This document shows, piece after piece, positions 1 to 12,179 of a DNA stretch of 64,000 nt. Position 1 is the stretch's first letter; each line of letters begins with the position of its first letter. The notes beneath the pieces are model-generated. The model was not told the origin of the DNA. It was given only the letters and a program-made list of their open reading frames with translations, and did no database searches. The stretch is taken from contig NC_083279.1 in assembly GCF_963506605.1 (NCBI RefSeq), positions 76,198,001 through 76,262,000 of the forward strand, in the 5' to 3' direction. The stretch is from Zootoca vivipara (lineage: Eukaryota). A program made the translations under genes and the position numbers.

Positions 1-502
1 TTGAGAGAACTTGTAGAACTGCCCCCTAAAGTACAGGCAAGTGGGTGGAGCGGTGGATGTAAACATTACCCTTGCACAGTAGGCTACAATACTGGTCTCT
101 ACCCACTCCACTGAAGTGGGTGCAAGTGGAATGGCCTCCATTGACAATAGAAAAAAGCATACTTTTACCTTACAACAGTGGTTAGAGGGGAGGGGTGAAC
201 CAGAGCCCAGCCACTGATGAGGCAGGGGTGAAGCACACCTTCTTCACTGCTGAAGAAGGAGGCAAAGACAGAGGGTGAAGAAAGAGCTGTGAGTGGAGGG
301 GGGGCATTTCCCCCATCCTTTGGACCCCCCCCCCCGGGAAACTCAACAAATCTGCTGTACCAGATACTGGATGTGGCGAGTGCAGCTGAATAGGACACAG
401 CTGTGGGCTGCCTGAGGAAGTGCCATCCATTATATATAATTTTTATTAAATTTTCTGTTTTACAATTTAGAATATTCATTTAGACAACCTTAAGATATCA
501 GT

Positions 503-868
503 CCCCTTCATGGATCAATGCCTTGTCGTGGCGAAGGGGCCTGAAGATCAAACCTATCCATTCTTAAGGAAATCAGCCCTGAGTGCTCACTGGAAGGACA
601 GATCCTGAAGCTGAGGCTCCAATACTTTGGCCACCTCATGAGAAGAGAAGACTCCCTGGAAAAGACCCTGATGTTGGGAAAGATGGAGGGCACTAGGAGA
701 AGGGGACGACAGAGGACGAGATGGTTGGACAGTGTTCTCGAAGCTACAAACATGAGTTTGACCAAACTGCGGGAGGCAGTGCAAGACAGGAGTGCCTGGC
801 GTGCTATGGTCCATGGGGTCACGAAGAGTCGGGAACGAGTAAACGACTAAACAACAACAACAACAACA
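503..868 (+). mobile_element. BovB (RTE) LINE derivative: short 5' piece joined to the 3' end
   Basis: ORF 638-850 (RREDSLEKTLMLGKMEG...HGVTKSR) is the BovB RT C-terminus; (AAC)n tail; 11-bp TSD aagatatcagt at 492-502 and 869-879. Confidence 0.92.
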
Positions 869-932
869 AAGATATCAGTGACTTCCCTTCTTCTCTTTCC
901 ATGGTTCATTTTGCATAGCATAAATCCCTGCA

Positions 933-1116
933 TCTATATACTGTATATAAAAATGTAGACACTGCGTGCGCAGAGGTAACAAACATGCACCGTAAACGCT
1001 GAACCGAATTGCATCAAATTAGGGCAAAGCGAACCTTGCCCATCAGGGAGGGATCTGGCGTAAAAGAAGAAGGAAGTGCCATCCACCTTGGGTCTGACCC
1101 TAAAAAGCAAGTCTAG
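933..1116 (+). mobile_element. Helitron 5' end, possibly a mini-Helitron
   Basis: A|TC then TATATA..AAAATGTAGACACTGCGTGCGCAG and CCGTAAACGCTGAACCGAATTGCATCAAATT, similar to both 5' ends of the element at 34028-36370; short palindrome GGGTC-T-GACCC (1090-1100) and CTAG (1113-1116), which is followed by A rather than the canonical T. Confidence 0.55.
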
Positions 1117-2466
1117 AGTGCGATGCCCACTGTTTCCAGGAACTCTTCTCATTGTGAGACTTTTGTGGGTGAGCTAAGAGTTTGTCTGGACCCTGGGTGA
1201 GAACCTGGATGCTGAGAAGAAGGGTATGTCAGAAGAAAAACTATTTGATACTGATTTGTATATATTAGTAATTTTGTATCAACGTAATATTTTGATATGT
1301 AGCTGTGCATTTCTGTAATATTTTGTTCAGGTTCAGTTTTCTGTACACCACTTAGAGATTTTTTAAAAAGCAGTACAGAAATTACATAATCAATCCATCA
1401 CTTGATCATCTCGCCAAAGTGTGAGAGAAATGGCCTGCCAAACGCCATATGGAATCATAACATTAAAAAGAAAAGGCTCCCTGCGGCTGCCTATGCTATT
1501 TTTGTAAGTTTTGGGGGGTTGAATTGTCACAGAGCATGCAAGCCACATCTATTGTCAGGGAAATCACAGATAAATGACTGAGAAAGCTTTGGAGTTGGCG
1601 TGATGATTTCTTTAGTAAGTTTGTATGCCACTTTTCATGGTGGGGTGGGGGAGTCTTCTCAAAACAGTTTACAAACCACATGCCAAATATTTCATAAAAT
1701 AGCATATAAAGCTATATAAAACACAACAGGAATCTGAAAACCATGATTCAAAATTTTACTAGGCTTCAATGACTGGAGAAGCTGACTCATCTTGATTCAC
1801 CCTCCTCTAGGTGGAAAAGGGGAGTGTGTGTGTGTGTGTTTGTAAAGAAAAGTTGCAGTTTTGGGAGACAAAAAGCAACAGACTGATATACCAGTGGTGC
1901 CTGAAGGAGAAAAGCCCTTTTGGAGAAAGGATATGGCCTGCCTCTTTGGGGATATGATATAAAGGGCAGCAGGCAACTTGCATCTGCGCAAATGTTAAAA
2001 GGTGCCCCTTCTTATGATAAATATTACAGAAATGCCATGAATCTTCAATGATCTCTTCCTCGAAAGGAAGCCAAATCTGGATAAGTGTCACACACCTCCT
2101 GGAGAAATGAGGAACTTGTAACAATAGGCAAGATTCAAGACTAGAATTTCTTGGTGGCTTTAAGAACTCTGCAATATCTTTTAATCATTGGCATTTTAGG
2201 CTGTGCAAACATTCCTTTGAGCATGTCCTGTTGAGCGCAGTGGGGCTTGCTTCCGAGGACCATGTACAGCATTGCCTTGCACCTTGTGTTTAATAAATGG
2301 TCCTTTCTCTCCATATACAGCATCTGCTAGAAAGCAACTGTCCACAAGGTGGCATAGTTCCCCTTGGAGTTCGCTGCTACGCTTCAGTGCTTGCAAGCAA
2401 AAGTAAAAAACAACAACCATTCTGCCCTTCCTTGTCTTCCGGTTATGGGTACATTTATAAATTACG

Positions 2467-2686
2467 GCCGCCCAACTGAGGCCACATTGTTCTTTCTTCT
2501 ATCAGATCAAAATGACCTGAGAACAACAAAAGTTGCCAGATTCATCCAGGGTGCAATGAGACTAAGGGCTACCTTTTAAACAATAATCATAGTCATATGA
2601 TCCTTTTATCCATGTTGTTTTTAATTCTATATTTCGTGTATTCTGTTGCTATGGCTGTTGGCTATGCAAATAAAGTGTATTGATTG
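2467..2686 (+). mobile_element. 5'-truncated non-LTR retrotransposon 3' end (RTE-X-like)
   Basis: 14-bp TSD atttataaattacg (2453-2466 and 2687-2700); ORF end LFFLLSDQNDLRTTKVARFIQGAMRLRATF*; AATAAA and short (ATTG)n tail. Confidence 0.7.
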
Positions 2687-3195
2687 ATTTATAAATTACG
2701 ACTTCCTTCTTAACATAATAATCACGAATTTGTTAATAATGTTACATTTTGTTTGAGGAGTCATTTTTCATGCAGCATCAGTTCTAAGACTCTTTACGAA
2801 ACAAGGAATTAGTTCTGCAACTAATCGATCCTACATTCGTTCACGTTTATGTTGCACAAGCACTTGTAGAAATTTAGGTTGAAATACTCAGCATATTTAC
2901 CTGGAAGTAAGAGTCTTTGAAATGAACTGGGACCTGTATAAATAGCCGTTAAAGTCAGGGGCTAGCCACAGTCAAGGATTCTCATTAGTACAGGGTAATA
3001 GCAGATTTGTTTACTTATCAGACTGCAATGTCCCTGGAATTAGGTCTCATTGAACTCAAAGGGGGAAATTAGGCCCCAACTGCACAACAACTTTAAAGCA
3101 GTTTCATAACACTTAAACTAGCCAAGGCTTTCCCCAAAGAATCCTGGGAACTGTAGTTTGTTAAGGGTGCCGAGAGTTGATCAGAGACCCATATT

Positions 3196-3261
3196 CAATG
3201 TGGGGCTCAAACTCATGACCCTGAGATTAAAAGTCTCATGACCTACTGACTGAGCTGTCCC
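3196..3261 (-). pseudogene. tRNA-Lys(CTT)-derived sequence (pseudogene or SINE head)
   Basis: Reverse complement agctcagtcagtaggtcatgagacttttaatctcagggtcatgagtttgagccccacattg matches tRNA-Lys with CpG decay; acceptor stem degenerate. Confidence 0.7.
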
Positions 3262-3974
3262 AGACTTGGTTATCTAACAACTACAGTTCCCAATATTCTG
3301 TAGGGAAAACCTTTGGTGTTGCTGTAGCATGGCTACCCCTCTGGAACTATTTAACCCTCATTGCTTTCAATAACAACTAAAGTATAGCTGACTTTGTCTG
3401 GTTCTATCACATTTGTATACCTTGTTTTCTTCTAAGAGTTTATGGGTTTCGCCTGATGATAAATCAGAAGAGAGTGACTTGCACAGGGCCACCTCCAGAG
3501 CCTTGAGCACGGGGAGCTGTCTGAACATTGTGCCATTTAAGGCTGTGCACGCATCATGCATTTAAAGCACCCCCCGCAAGAATCCCAGGAACTGTATTTT
3601 GCTATGGGTGCTGGGGTTTGTGCGGGATGGACTACTGTTCCCAGAGTTGTACTTCAAATATATGCAATGACAATGGCTCTTTAGACAAGGGTCTTTTCCC
3701 CTGCCATACCTAGAGATGCATGCAAAAAAACCAACATTCAGCATGCTAAACGTTGTTCCGCTGAGCTGTGACAGTTCCAGACATAAACAAATATTACTCA
3801 GGGATTAATGCATGACTCAGTTATAATTTGAATGTGAAAACTACCTTTCTTTTATGAAAACGAACAAAACGAACCTATGATTCAGAGTCAATTCTCAACA
3901 GGGACTCGGCTACTCTTTGGAAGAATTTACAGAACATTACTGAATATAAGAGAACATCTTCTTCTGCTCCAGAG

Positions 3975-4271
3975 AGTCAAAAAATTGGCAAACCACCTGA
4001 ATCAATTTTACAGCAGGTTCGAAAGTCAAGCATTATCAACTAGTGCCATTCAGTTGGCGCCAGAGGCACCAACAACCACCTCAACCTGTTCTGAAGTTGC
4101 TCCACTGGTGATCTTGAAATAGTGTTCTGCACACTTTGTATAAAGTACTTTTACATTGCAATGTAGCCGAAACAAAATTCCAAGTACTGTATATTAGTAC
4201 TTGGCCAATAAATTATTATTCTATTCTATTCTATTCTATTCTATTCTATTCTATTCTATTCTATTCTATTC
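3975..4271 (+). mobile_element. Rex1/Babar-like LINE remnant with (TATTC)n tail
   Basis: Peptide LANHLNQFYSRFE resembles the Rex1 motif LxxxLNxFYxRF; 3' ACTTGGCCAATAAA followed by (TATTC)n at about 4216-4271. Confidence 0.55.
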
Positions 4272-4389
4272 TTTCAGGTAACCAGAGATGCAGTGAGAGA
4301 TGGTGTTGGGAGCAAGTCATTCTTCTGAGTATCTGCCTTCACCTTTTTCCTCCTCAGATTCTTAAACTGGAACTTGGATGCAGAACATT

Positions 4390-4970
4390 ATTTGTTTGTT
4401 TGTTTGTTTGTTTGTTTGTTTGTTTCATAAAAGTTATACGCAGCTTGATTGTATTTATATTAAAAGAAAAAGCCTCAAAGTAGTTTACAGAAGATAAAAC
4501 AGTAAAATCAAGAGGAAAAGAAAATCATGACCCTACTTTAAAACATGCAAAAGTTAAAATACTAAAAAAAAAAGAAAGATTAAAATTACCTCAACTTTCT
4601 ACACCTCTGGGTAGGCTTCTCTAAAGAGGAATGTTTTTAGCTGGCACTGAAGAGCACAGGGAAGGCACCTGCTTGATCTCAGTAAGGAGGGACTTCTCAA
4701 GTGCCACACTCAACGGTCAGGTTCTTACAGATACAGAATGGGTATTATGTGGGGTCTGTAGTAGTGCCAATGCTGCCAATTGAAGGGGTTGGGTGGGCAC
4801 ATACAGGGCAAGGTGATCTCATAGGTAAACTGGTCCCAAGTTGTTAAGGGTTTTATAGGCTTCTAGTCTCACTTTGAACTTGGCCCAGAAGCAGATCAGC
4901 AGCCAGTGCAGATTTCTGCGCACAGGTTTTTTAAGCTGACAAGTCCTCACTCCTGTCAGCAATTGTGCAC
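4390..4970 (-). mobile_element. Decayed L2-type LINE 3' end with (TTTG)n tail
   Basis: (TTTG)n at 4390-4424; aaagcctcaaagtagtttaca and cagccagtgcaga (LHWL on minus strand); similar to copy at about 41020-41270. Confidence 0.6.
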
Positions 4971-5041
4971 ATTAACCATAAATGCTGGAGCTGCCAAGGA
5001 TTGAATATGGGGCCTCAGGTGTGCTACCAGTAACCTATGGA

Positions 5042-5355
5042 CAGGGCTGTCTTAAGCATATGCGGCGCCGGGGTGCAAAGATCCGCCCGGCGCGTGCCCC
5101 CCAGGTTGCCCAGTCCCAGGCGCGCAGGAGGGGGGAGCCAGCCAGCTAGCCGCCTCAGCATCTCATTAGCTCAGTCACCCCTGAACTCACGGTGCAGAGC
5201 TACCTGCAGCAGAAGAGCATGCCGCAGTGCTCCGACTGACAGACCGGCTCTTCCCTGGACTCAACTCTTGGGCCCCGGATTCTCTGCCTGGTGTCCCTGG
5301 GAGCCCAGCGCCTGGGTGCCCCGCACCCCTAGCGCCTATGGGTAAGATGGCCCTG
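5042..5355. mobile_element. GC-rich non-autonomous hAT element (Tip100-like)
   Basis: TIRs CAGGGCTGTCTTA / TAAGATGGCCCTG; 8-bp TSD cctatgga / gctatgga. Confidence 0.85.
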
Positions 5356-6249
5356 GCTATGGAGCTCTGATTATCTAGTTAAATCCCTCCCAGAGCACAC
5401 AGTATGTGCAATTCTTCGAGTTGTTGTGTGTTTTATAAAGCTCCCCCCCCTAAGAAACTCGGGGATATAAATTCATGTAGTGAAATTTGGAAGTCTGAAC
5501 TACACACACGCAAACATGCACTCCATTCAACAGACCCTGCATCTAAATGGGCTGCTTCCCTCTTATCTGAATAATATCCACTACACTACAATACAATTAC
5601 AATACAATACAATCTACAACTCTCTGCAGGAGTGCAAAGCCACCTCCGTAGATGAATTTTCAGGTGTGTTTGGAAATGGTCTGATCATTAGTATAAATAT
5701 TAAAATGCATTGATATGAATTATTTAGGGAAATGTTCAAATATTAAAGGGCGCTCACTGCTCAAACAAAATGTTTCAGAGTTGGTGAGAGGATGAAAGAG
5801 GAGTTTCTTAGTGGGTGTTCCATTAAGTGATCTTTAAACCAAGTGAAGGTCAACATCTCTGAAACATATGGGTCAATTAAAATAAATAGGCCTCATTCTG
5901 AGTGTAGAAGCTAAATCTGATCAATAAAGGTTTTTGTCAGATTGGTTTTTGCCATAATTTCCATGAGTGTATAGATACAGCAGGTCGGCATGTGACAACA
6001 GCAACACCCCGGGAACGGCTTTGACTGGCCGGCTAAAGCAGGCAAGGGTAGCTGATGGGTGTCAAACTCTTGGTGAGTTAGGGACTTCCCCTGCATGTGA
6101 AGAAAGGCTCCAGTGGATTGAGCGGATGAAACCAAGAGCGGGTCTAACAGTCAAGAAGGCAGTTATTGCACATGCTGTAGAGAAAAGTAAGGGATAGATG
6201 GGGCTCATCAACCTGGGAAGGTGGCCCATCTAAGAAAAAGAACACTCTG

Positions 6250-6864
6250 TGTTATGTATTGGTTTAATACAGGGGTAGGCAACCTAAGGCCCGTGGGCCA
6301 GATGCGGCCCAATCACCTTCTCAATCCGGTCCACGGACGGTCCGGGAATCAGTAGAATGTGTCCTTTTATTTAGAATGCATCTCTGGGTTATTTGTGGGG
6401 CATAGGAATTCATTCATTATTTTTTTCAAAATATAGTCCGGCCCACCACATGGTCTGAGGGACGGTGGACCGGCCCACGGCTGAAAAAGATTGCTGCCCC
6501 GTGGTTCAATATGTGTACATGAGTTTCACTGCTAGTTCTGTAACTACCTTTCCCGCTCCAGGGTGATTCAAATGGGTGCGGTGACAGTTGCTATTGGTTA
6601 ACTTGTTAGCACAGATTGGATCCTTACTCTGATTGGGTCCCGCCAAAATCTGAATGTACAGTATCCTTTCCCCAACTCCTGTTCCTGAGAGTATAAAAGG
6701 AGCTTGCCCTTTCCCTCCAGTCAGTCAAGTGCCTACTGCAATAAAGGAGATTGTTCTTGTTAGACTTGACTCCTAGCATATCCTTGCTAGCATGCTGAAT
6801 CACTACCCAGAGCTGATTACACGAAGAGCTGAAATTGTATAGGCACTGCACCCACGACATAACA
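6250..6864 (+). mobile_element. Solo LTR (Gypsy/BEL-type)
   Basis: Inverted termini TGTTATGT...ACATAACA; 5-bp TSD ctctg (6245-6249 and 6865-6869); TATAAAA near 6692 and AATAAA near 6740. Confidence 0.88.
6270..6503. mobile_element. hAT-Charlie-like MITE nested in the LTR
   Basis: CAGGGGTAGGCAACC start and degenerate inverted end; 8-bp TSD gtttaata / gttcaata. Confidence 0.85.
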
Positions 6865-7008
6865 CTCTGCTTGTAAACCTCTGCTGTCTTGTGGGATGCC
6901 TTCAGGAGAAAAAAAGGCTAAGGAGTAAACCCTACACAAATCTGGAGTGGAATCCCTAAGATGGCAAGAGCTGGGTCTTGTTGTCTGGGCAGCCCAGGAC
7001 CTCCATAC

Positions 7009-7309
7009 ATCAGAAGGTTGGCGGTTCGAATCCCTGCAATGGGGTGAGCTCCCGTTGCTCGGTCCCAGCTCCTGCCCACCTAGCAGTTCGAAAGCACACC
7101 AAAGTGCAAATAGATAAATAGGGACCGCTCCGGTGGGAAGGTAAACGGTGTTTCCGTGCGCTGCTCTGGTTCGCCAGAAGCAGCTTTGTCATGCTGGCCA
7201 CATGACCTGGAAGCTGTCTGCGGACAAACGCTGGTTCCCTTGGCCTATAGAGTGAGATGAGCACCGCAACCCCAGAGTCCGACACAACTGGACCTGGTGG
7301 TCCCCTTTA
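7009..7309 (+). mobile_element. Sauria (POM/Squam1-type) SINE, 5'-truncated
   Basis: B-box GGTTCGAATCC and body shared with five other copies in the window. Confidence 0.92.
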
Positions 7310-8397
7310 TGCCCTGGGGAGTTCACTTTAGTGCTGCTAAGGCAGCTTTCTTCATCCCCAGAAGCACACTCCGTTGTCTCTAGGACAGCCCCATGTGATC
7401 ATCCCTACCTCTCCAAAGTCGGTGGACAAGGCAGAGAGCTTTTAAAGCCCCATCTTCCTTATGAGATTTGGGAAAGGTCATGAAAGGTGTCCCACAGGAA
7501 TGGGCCTTTTGTGGTGAATCCCTGTTTGTGGAATGCTCTCCCCAGGGAGGTTTGCCCAGTGCCTTCATTACATATCTTTAGGTGCCTGGCAAAAATCTTT
7601 CACTATAACCTGGCCTTTGGCTGTTTGAACATTCTATGGCCTTTTAAATGTGTTGTGGTAGGGGGTTAATTGGACTGTTTGTGTTCTTGTGTGTTTTGTG
7701 TTCTCATTTTGCATTTTGAAATTGCGAATACTGGGCTAGATGGACAAAAAAGGAAGCATCCGATGTTTTATTGATCTATATTTAGAAAGCAGATATAAGG
7801 CTGTTTCCTGTGTACAGAAAACCAGCTGTCATATGCCTTTGCATTTTCCCTCTATTGCCAATGGTTAATTTCTCCCACTTGGCTGTTGCAAAACCAGCTG
7901 AGTATGGCTGTATTTGATAGTGTTCCTTTCTTCCTTTTATCATCTCTTATAGGCCTTGTGGGATGCTGACTTACAGATCTGGTTACAAATCTGTTCTAAA
8001 TGAGAAATGAAGTTTTTTTTATGTAGTTGTGAGTCCTTTATTTTGTGCTAAGTATACAGGTTTATATAAGAAAATGAAGCAAGGAAGTAGTTCACAGAGA
8101 TTAAATGATGTGGAATAAAGCCTCCAAAAGCTGTAATTGAAAGTGACAGAAACATTAGTTTTGAAACAAGTAACATTTAATCACTCAGATTATACAGAAG
8201 CATTTTATTTTTGGTATGTTGTTTTCCTTGATAGAATTTACATTTTAATCTGTTGAGACAGCTAATCACTTTTGTCTGCCTGGTGCCAGGAGCCTGTCAG
8301 AATACGTAAAAGCTAGAACAGTGTGAAGAGGCAGGCTATTTTTCTGAAACATGAACAACAAAATCCTGGACATGTCTACTCAGAAGGAAGCCCCATG

Positions 8398-9641
8398 TAC
8401 AATGGGCATTCATTAAAGATTTCCCCTGACATACTTCTCATGGACTGAGTCTGAGACAAACAAAACTGGGCACAGTTATTAGTCCTTCTCTACATAGCTA
8501 CAGGTACCAGCAAGAGCCAAACACTTCTCCCATTGCTTTATGCAGCTGTGGAGACCTCGTCTGTAGAAGTCGGCAGGTTGTGTCAGAAGCCACGACTTGA
8601 CCTCAGAAATCAACATTTTATTGTCTGGAAAAAGCTTGCCCTTCAAAAATAACTTCATGGTTGGAAAGAGGTGGAAGTCCGATGGTGTGAGGTTGGGAGA
8701 ATATAAGGGGGGGTCAGGAAGGATTTCATAGCCACAGGACCACGAACCATGTGTTATCCTACAGGAGGCGGACACCTTTGGTCAGCATACCACGCCTCTC
8801 CATTTTGATGGCCTTCCGCAATTTCTGCAGCAGTGAAGAGTAGTATGTCCCGGTAATTGTGGTACCCTTTGCCAGGAAATCCATCATCACTACTCCGCGC
8901 TGGTCCCAAAAGACCATGAGCATGACCTTGCCCACTGACAGTTGGATATGTGCCTACTTTGGGGGTGGTGAGGTAGAGTTCTTCCATTGTTTGGACTCAG
9001 AGTCATAATGATGGATCCCTGTTTTGTCCTGAGTAATTAGTCTGGCAAAGAAGTCATCATGGTTTACGTGATGCATGGCCAAAAGATCCCGTGAGCTTCT
9101 GGAAAGACATCATCAGAAGCCGGGGAACCCACGGGGCGGACACCTTTCCCATGTGCAAATGGTCATGGATGCTTTTTTCTACAGAGCCCACACTGATCTT
9201 AACATCTGCAGCTAGCTGGAAAACGGTTATGCGGCAATCCTCCAGATTAGCAACTTCCACTTGACAGATGGTGTCTTCATCAATGGTCGCCCAGGAATGG
9301 GAGCTATTCCACTGAAGTCTGACCACACTTGAACTAATGATGCCAGTGTTTAACTATGTCATACTAAGGGGCATCATTCCCATATGTCCCTTTCATCTCA
9401 TCAAACATCTCCTGTGGTGTGCGCCCTTTCAAGTACAGGAACCTGATAACCGCTCTGCATTGTACTGGTTCCATTATCAGAGGTTACTCCACGTTAGCAC
9501 CCATAACAGAGAAACAGACAGGAGTTCAGAGTTACAAATTACGACGCTACCTATGGAGAAATGTATCATTATACATGTGCAAATTTATCCTCCTATGATA
9601 ACCGGAAGCGGGTCAGGGGAAATCTTTAATTAAAGACCCCC
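8398..9641 (-). mobile_element. Mariner DNA transposon, decayed full-length copy (transposase pseudogene)
   Basis: TIR core attaaagatttcccctgac / gtcaggggaaatctttaat; minus-strand peptides VSAPWVPRLL and PPLYSPNLTPSDFHLF (WVPHEL and YSPDLAPSD motifs); frameshifted. Confidence 0.92.
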
Positions 9642-11097
9642 AGGCTGCAGGAAGAGGAGGAGCCACAGCCATTGAAGCAGCGCCGCCAAGGTGACTCTGC
9701 CCCCGTGAAATCTGTTAAAAGAATGGAATGAAGAAAAAAGAAGAATAATGGCACAGTAGGGGATTTTCCTGCAGTATAGGAAAATCCAGGTTAAGTGTAA
9801 CAAAAATACAGAATGGGATTTTGATGGCAATGATATCATGTGGACAGTATAAAAAAACTTCCATGCTTGAGTTGCACCAATTCCACGATAAGCTCTAGTC
9901 TGGAAACATACTAGGTTGTTTGAAAGGACATCTTTTTTTGAAAGTCCTATATTGCTATCTCTTGACTGTTTTTTGTTATCCATTGCTTGACTGGGCAATA
10001 TAGTGCGTAGGGCTTCCCACATTGCATGTTTTTCAGAACACAAATGTCAAGGTTAATTGAGTCACAAAGGGCATGTGCTGATAGTGACATGTGCCTCCCT
10101 GGTTTTCTCTTCGTTGGTGCAATCTGCAGGAAGGGGCTGGCTCCTTGTCCCTGCCAAGCCAGCATCCAGAATAGGAGTGTCTGCAGAGGAGTGTCTGCAG
10201 CAGGGGCCATCTGGCTGCAAAGAAACAAAACTTCTGACAAGATTGTTGTGTTTTAAAGAAGGATCCTGAAGGTGTCGCTTGTCAGGTATGAAGTTTTCCT
10301 GTTTCCTCAGAGCTTAATAGGAAACTTTTTGCTGTTTGAAAGATGTGTGCCTACCAAATGGATGGAAACTAAATTGCCTGCGAAAACCATCTTTGTTAGC
10401 TCTGTCATCTCATCTGTGGTAAATAATCGTTGTGTTCATGGATAAGGGAGTGTATTCACTCTCCGCCCTCCATTCTTGCCCCTTGAACAAATGCAGTTGG
10501 TCTACACTGAAATGGTCTCGGTTCATCTGTGTCACTTTAAAATAGGTTTCTGTAAAGAGGTAGCCAGGCTGAAGAAGAATCCCAAAGAGGTTTTCTGGCA
10601 AATGAATGTCAACATCTTGTGTTTGTCATGATGACAATTTGGGGTGGGGTGGGGTGTTGTATCAATATATGAATTTAGAGCAATCTCTGTTTTAATATGA
10701 CCTTGAGAATGGTGAAGATGTGTGTGTGTGTGTGTAGGTAGGTAGGTAGGTAGGTGGGTTTGCTATCTGGTATTGGGAAGCAAGGTAATAGTAATTCTAT
10801 AAATCAGCTTGAAACATTATGGCTCATCACATTTCATAATGGATCCTGTATTAATAAGGATACAAAAATGAACCAATACCTTGTTGCATTGCAGGAAGAA
10901 TTGTCCATGTTGTTGAAAACATTGAAAAATGACTCATCATCTTTCCCCTCCACACACACACCCTCACTCCTATCTTTTGGTTCATGAAAAGTCTGAAGTA
11001 GTTCCTGTTTTTGTATAAGCAAATCCACAGGATTAGCCTTCACAGATAGTAGTTTGTACCTTCATTGCCCACTTGCACAAGAAATGCTAATGTGCGT

Positions 11098-11098
<1 letters not shown>

Positions 11099-11141
<43 letters not shown>

Positions 11142-11163
11142 ACACACACACACACACACACAC
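11099..11163. repeat. (CA)n microsatellite
   Basis: Direct reading; similar tracts near 13757, 16433, 46874 and 52706. Confidence 0.95.
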
Positions 11164-11231
11164 GGCCTTCTCCTTTTAATGTTGTATTTTAAAGTGCTGT
11201 AACCCTCCCTGAGATCTCAGGGTGAAGATTG

Positions 11232-11243
11232 AGCAATTTAACA

Positions 11244-11281
<38 letters not shown>

Positions 11282-11323
11282 ATAGGATGCACGTTTGGCA
11301 GTTTTCACTGTGAGAAACATCCA

Positions 11324-11355
<32 letters not shown>

Positions 11356-11369
11356 TGTTAACTATTGCT
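11232..11369. repeat. Inverted repeat with (GAT)n and (ATC)n arms
   Basis: agcaatttaacaat(gat)n...ggatg, a spacer, then catcc...(cat)n tgttaactattgct. Confidence 0.9.
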
Positions 11370-11587
11370 AGTAAGAGATGGGGTATTAGAGCATAGCTGT
11401 CAACTCTCCCGTTTTTTGGGGGAAATCAGTGCTGCTATCACAGCAAAACAACAACATGGGAGGCAGCAGGCACTGTGATTCTCCAGCTGTTTGACTTCAC
11501 TCCTGAGGCGCACTGCATCATCTCTCAAGACAGACGGATGCCAACAGGATTGTTAGCGGAGACATGTGAATAAAACACATGTAGTCT

Positions 11588-11835
11588 CAGGGCCGTCTTA
11601 AGTATATTTGGTGCCCTGGCACTGTGGTGCGACTGATCCCTCCGGCGCCCCCGCCCTGCCCCGCTTCCCAGTGCGGCGGGCGGGGTGGAGCTGCGCAGTC
11701 GGGCTGGCGGTCAGGCGCAGCACACAGCGCGGCTGCCAGGGGCGCAGCTCCGCGGCGGGTGGGCAGGCGCAGCTCTGTGGCGGGCGGGCACCCTGGCGTC
11801 CTGCGCCACCTAGCCTGGCCGTAGGGCCGGCCCTG
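11588..11835. mobile_element. GC-rich non-autonomous hAT element (Tip100-like)
   Basis: TIRs CAGGGCCGTC / GCCGGCCCTG; TSD tgtagtct / cgtagtct. Confidence 0.88.
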
Positions 11836-12017
11836 CGTAGTCTAGAGAGAAAATCCAGGTGAAAGTTTACTGAACAAACTGAACAAAACAGTATACAACC
11901 GGAGCAGAAATCAACAAGAGAGGCTTTTGCCTTTTTGACAGGGCTTGTTGAGAGCAGGGCTAGATTCAACTTCCACAACAAAATTCCCTCACAGCTAGAG
12001 AGAGTATCAGAGTACAT

Positions 12018-12153
12018 CAGGCATCCCCAAACTTCGGCCCTCCAGATGTTTTGGACTACAATTCCCATCATCCCTGACCACTGGTCCTCTTAGCTAGGGA
12101 TCATGGGAGTTGTAGGCCAAAACATCTGGAGGGCTGCAGTTTGGGGATGCCAG
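12018..12153. mobile_element. 136-bp palindromic hAT MITE (URR1/Charlie-like)
   Basis: CAGGCATCCCCAAACT...AGTTTGGGGATGCC; near-identical copies at 20190, 39521 and 44458. Confidence 0.9.
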
Positions 12154-12179
12154 TGGACATGTTACCTCAGTAAAGATCA

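Larger units (their letters stand above)
5950..7005 (+). mobile_element. RTE-like 5' UTR element interrupted by a solo LTR
   Basis: Motif ggctaaggagtaaaccctacacaaatctggagtggaatcccta resembles RTE-clade 5' UTRs (recalled); sequence is continuous across the LTR TSD. Confidence 0.4.

Noticed and set aside
3196-3261. Functional tRNA-Lys gene
   Set aside because: Mutated B box and acceptor stem, with CpG decay
11598-12071. 157-aa ORF and overlapping GC-rich ORFs
   Set aside because: Spans two MITEs; open because GC-rich repeats lack stops
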